Shown one piece after another: positions 19,385 to 28,195 of a stretch of 64,000 bases of DNA. Positions within the stretch are counted from its first letter, which is position 1, and the number at the start of each line of letters is the position of its first letter. Below the pieces are notes generated by a model. It was not told where the DNA came from, searched no databases, and saw nothing but the letters and a program-made list of their open reading frames with translations. Source of the stretch: Bacteriovoracia bacterium (GTDB lineage Bacteria > Bdellovibrionota > UBA1018 > CAIPTA01). Both the position numbers and the translations under genes were made by a program. Location of the stretch: contig JBFWVL010000002.1 in NCBI GenBank assembly GCA_050246755.1, forward strand, positions 198,928-262,927. Direction: 5' to 3'.

Positions 19385-20658
19385 TAGGCCGCCTTCGGTG
19401 CTTTCGGAATTTTGGGAAGGCCGGGAGGTGCTGGAGGCGCGGCGGCCGTGGCACGTAGGGGTTTAGGCGCTTCTTTGGGAGCGGCGCTTTCCGTCTCCAG
19501 CCCTGGATACTGCTCGAGGCTGATTCCGTCGGGCTCGGCCTTGGCTTCCGGAGAAGTATCGATGATGGACGTAGCCGTATTGCCGAAAGAGAGGTTGCGC
19601 TGGAAGTCGGCCGGGTTCGAAGCGTATTCGAGGGCCGTGGCCACCGTGATGGAGCCGTTTTGCGCCAGTTCCACGAGGGCTTGGTCGAAGGTCTGCATTC
19701 CCGACACTTCTTTGCCTTTTTCGATGAAGCTGGGGATCTCGCCCGTCTTGCTCGCATCGGCGATGCACTCGGCGATCCCGAAATTATTGATGAGAATTTC
19801 CTGGGCCACCACGCGCTTGCCATTTTTGTCGGGGATCAAGCGCTGGCTGATGATGGCGTGCAAATTGTCGGCTAAGCGCAAGCGGGCGGCGTCCTGCTCG
19901 GCGGCGGGGTAGAGCGATATCAGGCGGCCGATGGTCTTCATGGCGTCGGAGGTGTGCACGGTGGAGAACACGAGGTGGCCGGTCTCGGAGGCCTTGAGGG
20001 CGATATCGAGGGTTTCATGATCGCGCATCTCGCCCACGAGGATCACGTCGGGATCCTGTCGCAAGCCCGATTTCAGCGCCTGCGCGTAGCTCGCTGTATC
20101 GCGGCCGAGCTCACGCTGTGAGATCCGGCATTTTTTCTGGGAATGCAGGTATTCCACCGGATCTTCCACGGTGAGGATATGCATGGCCTGCGAGGCGTTT
20201 AGGTAGTCGATCATCGCGGCGAGGGTGGAGCTTTTTCCGCTGCCGGTGGCGCCGGTTACCAGGATGAGGCCGCGGGAGGCATCGGCGATCTTTCGCAGCA
20301 CGCCGGGAAGTTTCAAGTCGTCGATGGAGGGAACTTGCTGGGGGATCACGCGCAATACGATGCCCAGGCCCTGCACGGTGCGGTACACGTTGTAGCGGAA
20401 ACGGCCGAGGTTTTTTACCTCAAAGGATCCATCCAGATCCTGGATCTCGGTTACCTTCGTGCGCAGCACGGGATCGGTGATAATCATTTGCGCTACGCCG
20501 GCGATTTCTTCGCCCGTAAAAAGCGGGCAATTTACGGGGGCGAGGCCATCGGACACGCGCAGCGCCGGCGCCATTCCGCAGAGAAAATGGATATCGCTCG
20601 ATCTTTGCTGGACCGCCAGCTGGAGCACGCCGAGAAATTTTTTCTGCAGATCGTTCAT
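19384..20658 (-). CDS. pilT: Type IV pilus retraction ATPase PilT family with ~80-aa Pro/Ala/Lys-rich C-terminal extension
   Basis: Walker A GATGSGKSST, TVEDPVEY, VGEMRD, and His box FSTVHT. Confidence 0.8.
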   Translation of the reverse strand: MNDLQKKFLGVLQLAVQQRSSDIHFLCGMAPALRVSDGLAPVNCPLFTGEEIAGVAQMIITDPVLRTKVTEIQDLDGSFEVKNLGRFRYNVYRTVQGLGIVLRVIPQQVPSIDDLKLPGVLRKIADASRGLILVTGATGSGKSSTLAAMIDYLNASQAMHILTVEDPVEYLHSQKKCRISQRELGRDTASYAQALKSGLRQDPDVILVGEMRDHETLDIALKASETGHLVFSTVHTSDAMKTIGRLISLYPAAEQDAARLRLADNLHAIISQRLIPDKNGKRVVAQEILINNFGIAECIADASKTGEIPSFIEKGKEVSGMQTFDQALVELAQNGSITVATALEYASNPADFQRNLSFGNTATSIIDTSPEAKAEPDGISLEQYPGLETESAAPKEAPKPLRATAAAPPAPPGLPKIPKAPKAA

Positions 20659-20667
20659 TGGATTTCC

Positions 20668-21087
20668 TTAGGGGCCAGAGGTAACCATGCCGTTGGACTC
20701 GCAGGAAACGGGGCGGCCGGGCAGGCCGGGCAGCACAGTGCGCTCGTGCGGATGCAGGTGCACCACGAAGGAATCTCCCGACTGCACGCTGAGCGAATAC
20801 CCACCCGGCACCAGCGCGGCGGAGCCCTGGTAGGTTTTCGAAACGAAGCTGTTCCTTTTATTTTGCACGTAGAGGCTCAGGCCCACGGTGGCGGCGTTAG
20901 CGTCTTTAGGGTCTACGCGCAGGTAAGCGATGCCAAGCCCCAGCGCGGGATCATCGGGAGTTTCCCGGCAGGTAAAGGTGATCACGCGGGCCGGAGTTCC
21001 GCCAAAGCTAGCGGGCTTACGCGCTGGTTTAGCGCTGGCATCGTAGGGCAGTAAAAGAAAAAGGCCGAAAAATAGCAAAAAGCGCAT
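20668..21087 (-). CDS. Small secreted hypothetical protein
   Basis: Signal peptide MRFLLFFGLFLLLPYDASA. Confidence 0.35.
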   Translation of the reverse strand: MRFLLFFGLFLLLPYDASAKPARKPASFGGTPARVITFTCRETPDDPALGLGIAYLRVDPKDANAATVGLSLYVQNKRNSFVSKTYQGSAALVPGGYSLSVQSGDSFVVHLHPHERTVLPGLPGRPVSCESNGMVTSGP

Positions 21088-21186
21088 GGAGGTGCTCCTT
21101 GCCGTACTCTTCGGAATTCCGGGGCGAAAGTTGAGATCTGCCCGAAATTAGGGCGGAATGCAAAAAGGAGTGATTTATTTCTAAAA

Positions 21187-22191
21187 TCAGTGGCTTAAGG
21201 CGGGAAAGCGAAGCTCTTGGATGAGGTTTTTCATTTCGGCGTGGGCCTGCATCGTCTTTACACGCTCAAAATCTGGGAACGGAGCGCGAGCCGCCACGTA
21301 GCGCATCCACTGCTTTACCCGGCGCACGGAGTAATTGGGATTGTCGGAAAGCGGTTCGCTAATATCCATAAAGCGCTCGAGCAGCCGGCGCCATTCTTCG
21401 GCGCTGGGATAGGCGGGAGCTTCGGCCTTTAGGATCCCAAGTTCCCTGGCCACCTGGCCCGCCAGCTCCGGATTAGCGAGCGCGCCGCGGCCGAGCATGA
21501 AGTGCTCACAGCCGGTTTGTTCGCGGCAGAGCTTAAAGTGATCGAGGGTCCAGATCTCGCCATTCGCCACCACCGGGACCGATAGATTTTTCCTAATCTC
21601 CCCAATCGGGCCCCAGTAGGCGGGTGGCATATAGCCTTGGGTTTTGGTGCGGCCGTGGATCGTGATCCAGTCTGCCCCTCCGCGGGCAGCCCGCTCGGCA
21701 TTTTCATGGATCTGGTTGATATCGTCCCAACCGAGGCGGAGCTTGGCCGAAACCGAGACTTCTTTCGGCACGGCTTCCCGCACGGCCTTTACGATGGCTT
21801 CGATGCGGGGCGGATCTTTCAGGAGAGCGGCGCCGCCGTCGTGGTTGTTCACCGTGGGAGCCGGGCATCCGAAGTTGAGATCGATCCCGGTAGCGCCCAT
21901 TTCCACGGCGCGGGCGGCGGAAAGGGCGAGGCGTTCCGCGTTGCCGCCCAATAGCTGAAAGAGCACGGGCACGCCCGAATCCGTGCGCGAGCCCTTGGCT
22001 AGCTCCACGGCGTGGCGGCGGTAGCATTTTTTGGGCAGCGCAATCTGGCTGATGCGCAGGAACTCGGTCACGCAATGGGTGAATCCCGGCTTCTCGGTGA
22101 GGAGCGCGCGCATGGGTGCATCGGTTACCCCCTCCATGGGGGCCAGCACGAGCGCGGGCTGATTTTTGCGGATCCAGGCGTCCATGGGCAT
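21187..22191 (-). CDS. dus: tRNA-dihydrouridine synthase
   Basis: LAPMEGVTD, IDLNFGCP, and TIHGRT motifs of Dus flavoenzymes. Start chosen at the internal MPMDAW; the maximal ORF extends to 22275. Confidence 0.75.
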   Translation of the reverse strand: MPMDAWIRKNQPALVLAPMEGVTDAPMRALLTEKPGFTHCVTEFLRISQIALPKKCYRRHAVELAKGSRTDSGVPVLFQLLGGNAERLALSAARAVEMGATGIDLNFGCPAPTVNNHDGGAALLKDPPRIEAIVKAVREAVPKEVSVSAKLRLGWDDINQIHENAERAARGGADWITIHGRTKTQGYMPPAYWGPIGEIRKNLSVPVVANGEIWTLDHFKLCREQTGCEHFMLGRGALANPELAGQVARELGILKAEAPAYPSAEEWRRLLERFMDISEPLSDNPNYSVRRVKQWMRYVAARAPFPDFERVKTMQAHAEMKNLIQELRFPALSH

Positions 22192-22237
22192 TCTTCTATC
22201 GTTTCTCTTGGCGAGTGGGCAAGGCCTGCGATAGGAA

Positions 22238-22678
22238 ATGCGGATGCAAGTAAGGGAAATCCCCACCGAAGCCACCTTCGACCTGCGGCACCGGGTTTTA
22301 CGCCCCTCCCAGCCGATTTCGGAGTGCCAATACCCCGCGGACGGCCAGGCCGTGCATTTTGGAGTATTCGAGGAGGAACGCCTTTGTTCGGTGGTGACGG
22401 CTCATCCCGAGAATAGCCCGCTCTTTCCTTGCGAGGGCCAGTGGAGAATCCGCGGCATGGCCACCGAGCCCGGGGCACAGGGGCGTGGCTTGGGCAGTCT
22501 AGGCCTAAAAGCTTTACTCGCCTGGGCGGAGGCCCACCGAGTTTCTTTTTTTTGGTGCAATGCCCGTGAAGGGGCAATTCCCTTTTACTTGCGGCATGGA
22601 TTCACGGTGGCTAGCGAGCTTTTCGATTTGCCCGGCATCGGCCCGCACAAGGTGATGTTCCGCCAGGTGGACGCATGA
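22238..22678 (+). CDS. GNAT family N-acetyltransferase
   Basis: Acetyl-CoA binding segment RGMATEPGAQGRGLGS. Confidence 0.6.
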   Translation: MRMQVREIPTEATFDLRHRVLRPSQPISECQYPADGQAVHFGVFEEERLCSVVTAHPENSPLFPCEGQWRIRGMATEPGAQGRGLGSLGLKALLAWAEAHRVSFFWCNAREGAIPFYLRHGFTVASELFDLPGIGPHKVMFRQVDA

Positions 22679-23376
22679 AACTAAAGATTTTGAACGAGGG
22701 CAAAGGATTCGTGGCCGTGCATAAGCCAGCCGGCTTCGTGACCTACGCCGACTCCAAGGAGCAGATCGCGATCTCCGCGCAGGCACGGGCCGAGCATCAG
22801 TTGAAGAAAAAATTATTTCCCGTGCACCGGATCGATAAAGACACCTGCGGGGTTTTGGTTTTTGCGGCGAGCCCGCTTCAGGCCAAGAATTTCACGGCGC
22901 TCTTCCGCACCCGCGCCGTAAAAAAACGTTACCTCGCCGTGGTGCATGGACTTCCCGACGCCAAGGGCGTGATCACGAAGCCGCTCGAACGCCATAAGAG
23001 CAAAGAAACGGAAGCGGCCGAGACCGAATTCCAGCGCCTGGCCACCACCGAGGTGGAGTGGGAAGGGGAGAAGCGCGCGTATTCCCTCGTGCGCTGCGAA
23101 CCCCGCACTGGCCGCTACCACCAGATCCGCCGCCACCTGCGCTTCGTCGGTTGCCCGATCATCGGGGATCCGGAGCACGGAAATTCCTGGGACAACGAGC
23201 GTTTCGAGAAAAAATTTGGCGTAAAGCGCACGTTGCTCTCGGCGATTTACCTCGCCTTTCCCGATCGCGAGAACGAACGGATGGTGAGGCTCCAGGCTAA
23301 GCCCGACGAAGATTTTCTCGCCGTGATCGAAGCCTTCGGCTGGCAGGAAGCGCTCAAGGCATCCGGTAAAGTGTAG
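22675..23376 (+). CDS. RluA-family pseudouridine synthase (TruC-like, short form)
   Basis: Catalytic HRIDKDTCGVLVFA motif. ATGA overlap with the upstream GNAT gene. Confidence 0.75.
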   Translation: MKLKILNEGKGFVAVHKPAGFVTYADSKEQIAISAQARAEHQLKKKLFPVHRIDKDTCGVLVFAASPLQAKNFTALFRTRAVKKRYLAVVHGLPDAKGVITKPLERHKSKETEAAETEFQRLATTEVEWEGEKRAYSLVRCEPRTGRYHQIRRHLRFVGCPIIGDPEHGNSWDNERFEKKFGVKRTLLSAIYLAFPDRENERMVRLQAKPDEDFLAVIEAFGWQEALKASGKV

Positions 23377-23414
23377 CGAGATCAAAACCGGAAATTTCGT
23401 GCGATACTTAGGGC

Positions 23415-24596
23415 ATGAAATACCTTTTGCTCCTGCTCCTCTCTCTTTCCGCCCACGCATTTTCTCCGGTGAAAGAAGAAGCCCTATACCGGAATTTTTA
23501 CCGAGAATTTTTTGAGCTTCCGGGCTTCTCGGTTTTCCCCAAAAACGAAGAGCAAAAACTCGCCCTCGACGCCATCGAGGATGCACTCGAAAACGGCGCG
23601 CCTTCCCTCAAGCTGCGCCAGTGGTTCACACCCGAGCAAGTTTCTTCCCTGGGGGCCCACGAGCAGATTCGCCTGTTCCGCCTGAAAGCCGCGCGTGGGC
23701 TGGCCACGCCCAACGAGGAGCTACTGGCGCTTTCGGGCGCGAAGCAGCGCATGGACAATTTCGTGATGAGCGAGCTTTCCCGCATCCGGCCTTTCCTGAA
23801 ATCCCCGGCGGCGCAGCAGATGTTGGCGGAGATGCCCGTGCCCGTAAAGGCCGCCAAGCGTTTCGTGGCTCCGGGTGTGGCCGAGGTGAAGGCACTGTTC
23901 TCCCAGCCCCCCGCCTTCGATACCTTCCTGGACGGGCGTTATGCCGCCACGCCGCGGATCTTCGTGTTCTGCCGGCACGATCATAACTATCCTTGCCTGC
24001 TTGCGATGCGCGATGCGCACAACGAAGTGGTGAGGGAGAACGGAAAAATCTGGTTGCAGCCGGCGCTCGGCCTCAGCAACCGCGGCCTGCCTTTCGACCA
24101 GCGTAACGGGAATACCCCGCAGGGCGCGCAGCTCGTGGACGGCGTGATGCCCGAAGCCGATATGCCTTTTTACTACGGGCGTTTTCGCCGCTTGATTTTA
24201 ACTTTCGCCCCGGCCTCGAAGAACGAAGCGGAGCAAAAGAAACTATTTCCTGCGTCGTCGCATAATTCCGATTGGTGGCGAGAGGCCGTGATCGCGCGCG
24301 ATCTGGGACGTAACCTCCTGCGCATTCACGGGGTGGGGGAAATTTCCAAGGAAACCGGCAAGCCCTACTATCCCTTCATTCCCACGATCGGCTGCTTAGC
24401 GCAGCGGGAAGGAAAGTACGGAGCCGCGGACTATACCGACCAGCGCAAGCTCCTCGACCGCTGGATGAATGCCATGGGGCTTGAGGCGAAATTCGAGAAC
24501 GAGCCCTTGATCCGCGGGATCATGTACGTGATCGAGATCGATGATAAAAAATCGGCGGTGAATGCCGAAGACCTCAAGCTTTTTGGGATACGCTAA
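23415..24596 (+). CDS. Secreted hypothetical protein
   Basis: Signal peptide MKYLLLLLLSLSAHAF. No domain recognised. Confidence 0.4.
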   Translation: MKYLLLLLLSLSAHAFSPVKEEALYRNFYREFFELPGFSVFPKNEEQKLALDAIEDALENGAPSLKLRQWFTPEQVSSLGAHEQIRLFRLKAARGLATPNEELLALSGAKQRMDNFVMSELSRIRPFLKSPAAQQMLAEMPVPVKAAKRFVAPGVAEVKALFSQPPAFDTFLDGRYAATPRIFVFCRHDHNYPCLLAMRDAHNEVVRENGKIWLQPALGLSNRGLPFDQRNGNTPQGAQLVDGVMPEADMPFYYGRFRRLILTFAPASKNEAEQKKLFPASSHNSDWWREAVIARDLGRNLLRIHGVGEISKETGKPYYPFIPTIGCLAQREGKYGAADYTDQRKLLDRWMNAMGLEAKFENEPLIRGIMYVIEIDDKKSAVNAEDLKLFGIR

Positions 24597-26274
24597 CGAC
24601 CGCGCGCACTTTCGGCGCCCAGCGCAGGGCTTCGCGGGCGCAGGTCTCGAGGGCGGGGCAAGCCCAGTTATCCTGCTGCACGAAAAATACTCGCTCGCGA
24701 AACGGTTTTTGGATGGCGGGCAATACTCCGCCCCGGTAGATGCCGGGGCTGGCAATGGGCAGGGGGTGGCCCCAGCGCGCGATCCGGATTTCGGCCAAGT
24801 CCTTCAGATCGTAGCCCAGCGCGGGCAGGACCTCTTTCTCTAGCTGCACGCGAAATTCCTGCTCGAAGCGCGCGTGGCTATCGGGCGAAAATATTTCGGC
24901 TCTTCCCTCTGGAAAGGGAAGGGGGCGATAGAGCGTGAGCACGGTGGGGTTCTTTTTCTGATTGGCGAAATTGGCCGATACCACATCCGTGGCGCCGCGG
25001 GCGGCGGCGGCCGTGCGGATATTCTCCGAGGCGAGGGCGCCTTCGCCGATCATGAAGATATCGTAGTGAGGATGCCGGAGCGGGGAGTTTAGGAGCGCGT
25101 TCGCCACGAGGTAGGGCTGGTAGCGCAATGCTTCGATCGCGGCCACGCGTTTGGGCTCGAGGTTCGGGATGATTTTCTTAGCCACAAATTTCGGGCAAGC
25201 CATCACCACGGCCCGGGCTTTGATCCGGCGCAATTTTCTATTTTCGTCTTCGTAGGTAACGAAAGAATGCTTTCCTTTTACTTCCACGTCGAGCACCACG
25301 CTCGAAGGCCGGAGGTTCTGCGGGATTTCTTTATGCAGGGCTGCGAGGAAGCGCTCGGCCACGCCGGCGTTTCCGCCCGGGGTCACGAGCACATCGGCAA
25401 ATTCGCCGCCGAAGAAGCAAACGCCGAGGGCCGCGCTCGTTTCCCGCATGCTGCTTCCCATGCCGGACCAGCAATAATCTTCCAGTAGGGACCGCAGGTG
25501 GGAATGCAGGGGAGCGCCCAGCTCTTTTTCCACGAATTCGAGGAAGTTATATTTATCCAGTTCCCGTACGGCCCGCTTCTCGGGCTCGTTGGTGTAAGGA
25601 ATCACCGGATAGATCCGGCCATTTTGGCTGAGGCCGAAATCGTGAAAAAGCTGCGCGAACTTTTTAAACTGGGCGCGCGCTGCCGGATCCGTATCGCCTT
25701 CCAGGAATTTTGGAAATACTTTCCCGCGGTACAGGATTGGGTCCGCTTCTTTTTTGATGGTGGCAATGTCGTATACACCCACTTCGCGGAAAAGCGCGTG
25801 GAGCGGCGTGCCCGGTTCGGCCGACATGAAATAGGCCGCGCCGATGCCGTAGTCCACGCCCCGCCAGGATTCTCCGCGCGCGTTTCCGCCGAAACGTTCG
25901 CCCCGTTCTAGCAGAATGGGTTTAAGGTCCCGGAGCAGGTAAGCCGAAATGATCCCGCTCATCCCTCCGCCCACGATCACCACCGGCGCTTCCTCCGAAA
26001 CCTCCGGCAGCCCTCCCGCTTTTTCCAGGTAGGCGGGCTTATCCCAGAGGATGCCGTGCGCGCGGTCGGGATTGTCGCCCGAGTAATTCGTGGCGGGCTT
26101 GGCGTAATGGCGATCAATCGGAGAAATCGCCGCGAAACGCAGTTCCGTAGTTTCCACCGGGAGGGAGGAAGGCGGAGCCATTCTATGCGCGCAGCTCCAG
26201 AGCGAAGGAAGCGAGGCCGCTACGGCGCCGATTCCGATCCAGCGCAGGGCTTCGCGGCGAGAAATATTTTTCAT
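24574..26274 (-). CDS. FAD-dependent oxidoreductase (amine-oxidase-like) with Tat-type signal
   Basis: SRREALRWIGIGAVAA twin-arginine-like N-terminus. Rossmann VIVGGGMSGI...ERGERFGGNA. Confidence 0.6.
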   Translation of the reverse strand: MKNISRREALRWIGIGAVAASLPSLWSCAHRMAPPSSLPVETTELRFAAISPIDRHYAKPATNYSGDNPDRAHGILWDKPAYLEKAGGLPEVSEEAPVVIVGGGMSGIISAYLLRDLKPILLERGERFGGNARGESWRGVDYGIGAAYFMSAEPGTPLHALFREVGVYDIATIKKEADPILYRGKVFPKFLEGDTDPAARAQFKKFAQLFHDFGLSQNGRIYPVIPYTNEPEKRAVRELDKYNFLEFVEKELGAPLHSHLRSLLEDYCWSGMGSSMRETSAALGVCFFGGEFADVLVTPGGNAGVAERFLAALHKEIPQNLRPSSVVLDVEVKGKHSFVTYEDENRKLRRIKARAVVMACPKFVAKKIIPNLEPKRVAAIEALRYQPYLVANALLNSPLRHPHYDIFMIGEGALASENIRTAAAARGATDVVSANFANQKKNPTVLTLYRPLPFPEGRAEIFSPDSHARFEQEFRVQLEKEVLPALGYDLKDLAEIRIARWGHPLPIASPGIYRGGVLPAIQKPFRERVFFVQQDNWACPALETCAREALRWAPKVRAVVSVSQKA

Positions 26275-26307
26275 GGCTCGAGTATAGCGGGAGGCAAATT
26301 AAGAAAG

Positions 26308-26847
26308 CTAGCTGCGCTGCGGGAGGAGGGCGCTGATGCGGAGCGGGATCCGGTGGGTGGATTTTCCGTGCGCCCGCTGATTAAGAAGGGAAAGCAGCAC
26401 GTTCACTGTGTCGAGATTGAGCACGTAAGCCACTGGCAGCTCGCTGAGGGCGGTTTGCCGGAAATTCAAGGGGCAAACGTCGCGCACTTTTTGGTCTTCC
26501 TTTACACTCACCTGAAGCGGCACGCCGTGACTGCGGCAAACGAGGGGCCGTGCTTCGTAGATCGCACACTCTCCCCCCGCGGTCAGCAAAGCGCAGCGTT
26601 TTCCCTGGTGAGGATCCTCGGCTTCGGCCATCTCGGCAGCGGCCAGAGACTCGGGGGACCGGGCGAGAAATTCCCGGATCGCGCCCGCTTCGAGCTCGCT
26701 CACGCTCAAGCCGGGCTTGCAGCAGGAATGGCAGCCCGGCGCGCAGGCCATCTCGGCGCGGTAGGCGCTATGGATCTCGTTGAATTTATCGTCCACGCGG
26801 CCCCTCAGCTCGAGGTATTGGCGCAGGTTTTCGGGATTTTCGCTCAT
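26308..26847 (-). CDS. YkgJ-family cysteine-cluster (UPF0153) protein
   Basis: CAPGCHSCCKPG ... CALL...GECAIYEARPLVCRSHG. Confidence 0.6.
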   Translation of the reverse strand: MSENPENLRQYLELRGRVDDKFNEIHSAYRAEMACAPGCHSCCKPGLSVSELEAGAIREFLARSPESLAAAEMAEAEDPHQGKRCALLTAGGECAIYEARPLVCRSHGVPLQVSVKEDQKVRDVCPLNFRQTALSELPVAYVLNLDTVNVLLSLLNQRAHGKSTHRIPLRISALLPQRS

Positions 26848-27257
26848 GCCTGCGCGTTGAGGCCAGGGCCGGCGGAGGGCGCGTCGTCTTTTTGCACGAG
26901 ACTGAAGAGCGGCACGTCCACTTCGAAGAGCTCGCCGTTGTCGCGCATCATTTTATAGGAGCCACGCATACTGCCGAAGGGCGTGGGCAGCGGGCAAAAA
27001 CTATCGTAGGTAAAGCTCTCGCCCGGCTTGAGGCGGGGCTGCTTGCCGATCACACCGGGGCCTTTTACTTCTTCCATGCGGCCGAGCGCGTCGGTGATCG
27101 TCCAGTGGCGGTGGAGGAGCTGCACGGGCTCGGGGTTCTCGTTCGAGATGGTGATCTCGTAGCCAAATAAATATTGATTAAGGGCCGGCACGCTTTTTTC
27201 GGCGATGTAGTAGGTGGCCACTTCAATGCGTACACCGTTGGTCGTTTTCGATCTCAT
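26844..27257 (-). CDS. apaG: ApaG domain protein
   Basis: GYEITISNE...HWTITDALGRMEEVKGPGVIGKQP, typical of ApaG/DUF525. Confidence 0.75.
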   Translation of the reverse strand: MRSKTTNGVRIEVATYYIAEKSVPALNQYLFGYEITISNENPEPVQLLHRHWTITDALGRMEEVKGPGVIGKQPRLKPGESFTYDSFCPLPTPFGSMRGSYKMMRDNGELFEVDVPLFSLVQKDDAPSAGPGLNAQA

Positions 27258-28195
27258 GCTTTTTTTCCGCCTTTTTTGACCATCTTCTTCGTCTTTTGGG
27301 GCGCTTTTTTCTTGGGCTTCCCGCCCTTAGCAGTACCGCTTTGGATAATATAAGTTTTTCCGCAATATTCACAGCGGATATTCGTCGCTTTACCCTCCTG
27401 GAATGATCCTTCTTTTTTCTCCTGCGCTTCCAGGAGCGCCAGGGCGCGTTCCGCGCGATCCGTGGAGCATTTACACGCAAATTTCACGCGCTGGTTCATC
27501 ACGAGCTTGGGATTTTCTTCGCCGCATATTAGCCGCAGCATATCGAGGGGCACGCATTCGGGCCGCAGTAGCCAACGCGAAATGGGTCCGAGCGCTTGCA
27601 TCTGGCGATCCCAACGCAGGAGCGCTTCATTTAATTTTGCTTCCGTGGGCTGCGGCAGCACGTGGATCAAGTAGGCGAGCGCGGAGCTTACCTTGAATTT
27701 CGATTTATCTTTTTCGTCCCAATTGATCACCACCGAAAGATTGATGCCGCAATTTTTTTGTTCCGACTGTTCGAGAAATTCCACGAGATCGGCGCCCACT
27801 TGGCCGGTGGCATTCACCACGCTGGTGCGTCCCACGGCGCCGTGCGCGCGCCGCACTTGCAAAATTCCTTCGCCGAGGCCGGTTTCGTAGTCGGCCACGG
27901 GCGGCTGGGGATGCTGGATCGTGCCGCGGACTTCGCCGTAGTTGCGGGCCTCTGCGTATAGATGCCCGAAGGGGCCCGCGCAATTCCACTGCAGAGAAAG
28001 AGTTTCGCCGTCTTCGCTATCGGAGAGCGCCTGGAGAAGTACCGACGCCATCATCGCCTGGCCGAGGTGCTTGGTGGCGGGCGGCCAGCAATCGATGCGC
28101 TCCATGGATTCCTGCACAAGCGAAGTGGCGTCGAGGGCATATACGACCACCTCTTGGTTTTCGCTGATGGCCTTTAAGAGTGAGTCGTTATTCAT
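27254..28195 (-). CDS. hslO: Redox-regulated chaperone Hsp33
   Basis: Hsp33 fold motifs plus a C-terminal zinc centre CKCS...CEYCGKTY. Lys-rich tail. Confidence 0.8.
   Translation of the reverse strand: MNNDSLLKAISENQEVVVYALDATSLVQESMERIDCWPPATKHLGQAMMASVLLQALSDSEDGETLSLQWNCAGPFGHLYAEARNYGEVRGTIQHPQPPVADYETGLGEGILQVRRAHGAVGRTSVVNATGQVGADLVEFLEQSEQKNCGINLSVVINWDEKDKSKFKVSSALAYLIHVLPQPTEAKLNEALLRWDRQMQALGPISRWLLRPECVPLDMLRLICGEENPKLVMNQRVKFACKCSTDRAERALALLEAQEKKEGSFQEGKATNIRCEYCGKTYIIQSGTAKGGKPKKKAPQKTKKMVKKGGKKA

Noticed and set aside
19215-19823. 202-aa ORF antisense to pilT (Pro/Arg/Ser-rich)
   Set aside because: Typical spurious antisense ORF in ~60% GC DNA. Low-complexity composition. 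pilT on the other strand has clear motifs.
26056-26958. 300-aa ORF antisense to the FAD oxidoreductase/YkgJ genes
   Set aside because: Arg/Gly/Ala-rich spurious frame spanning two real genes.
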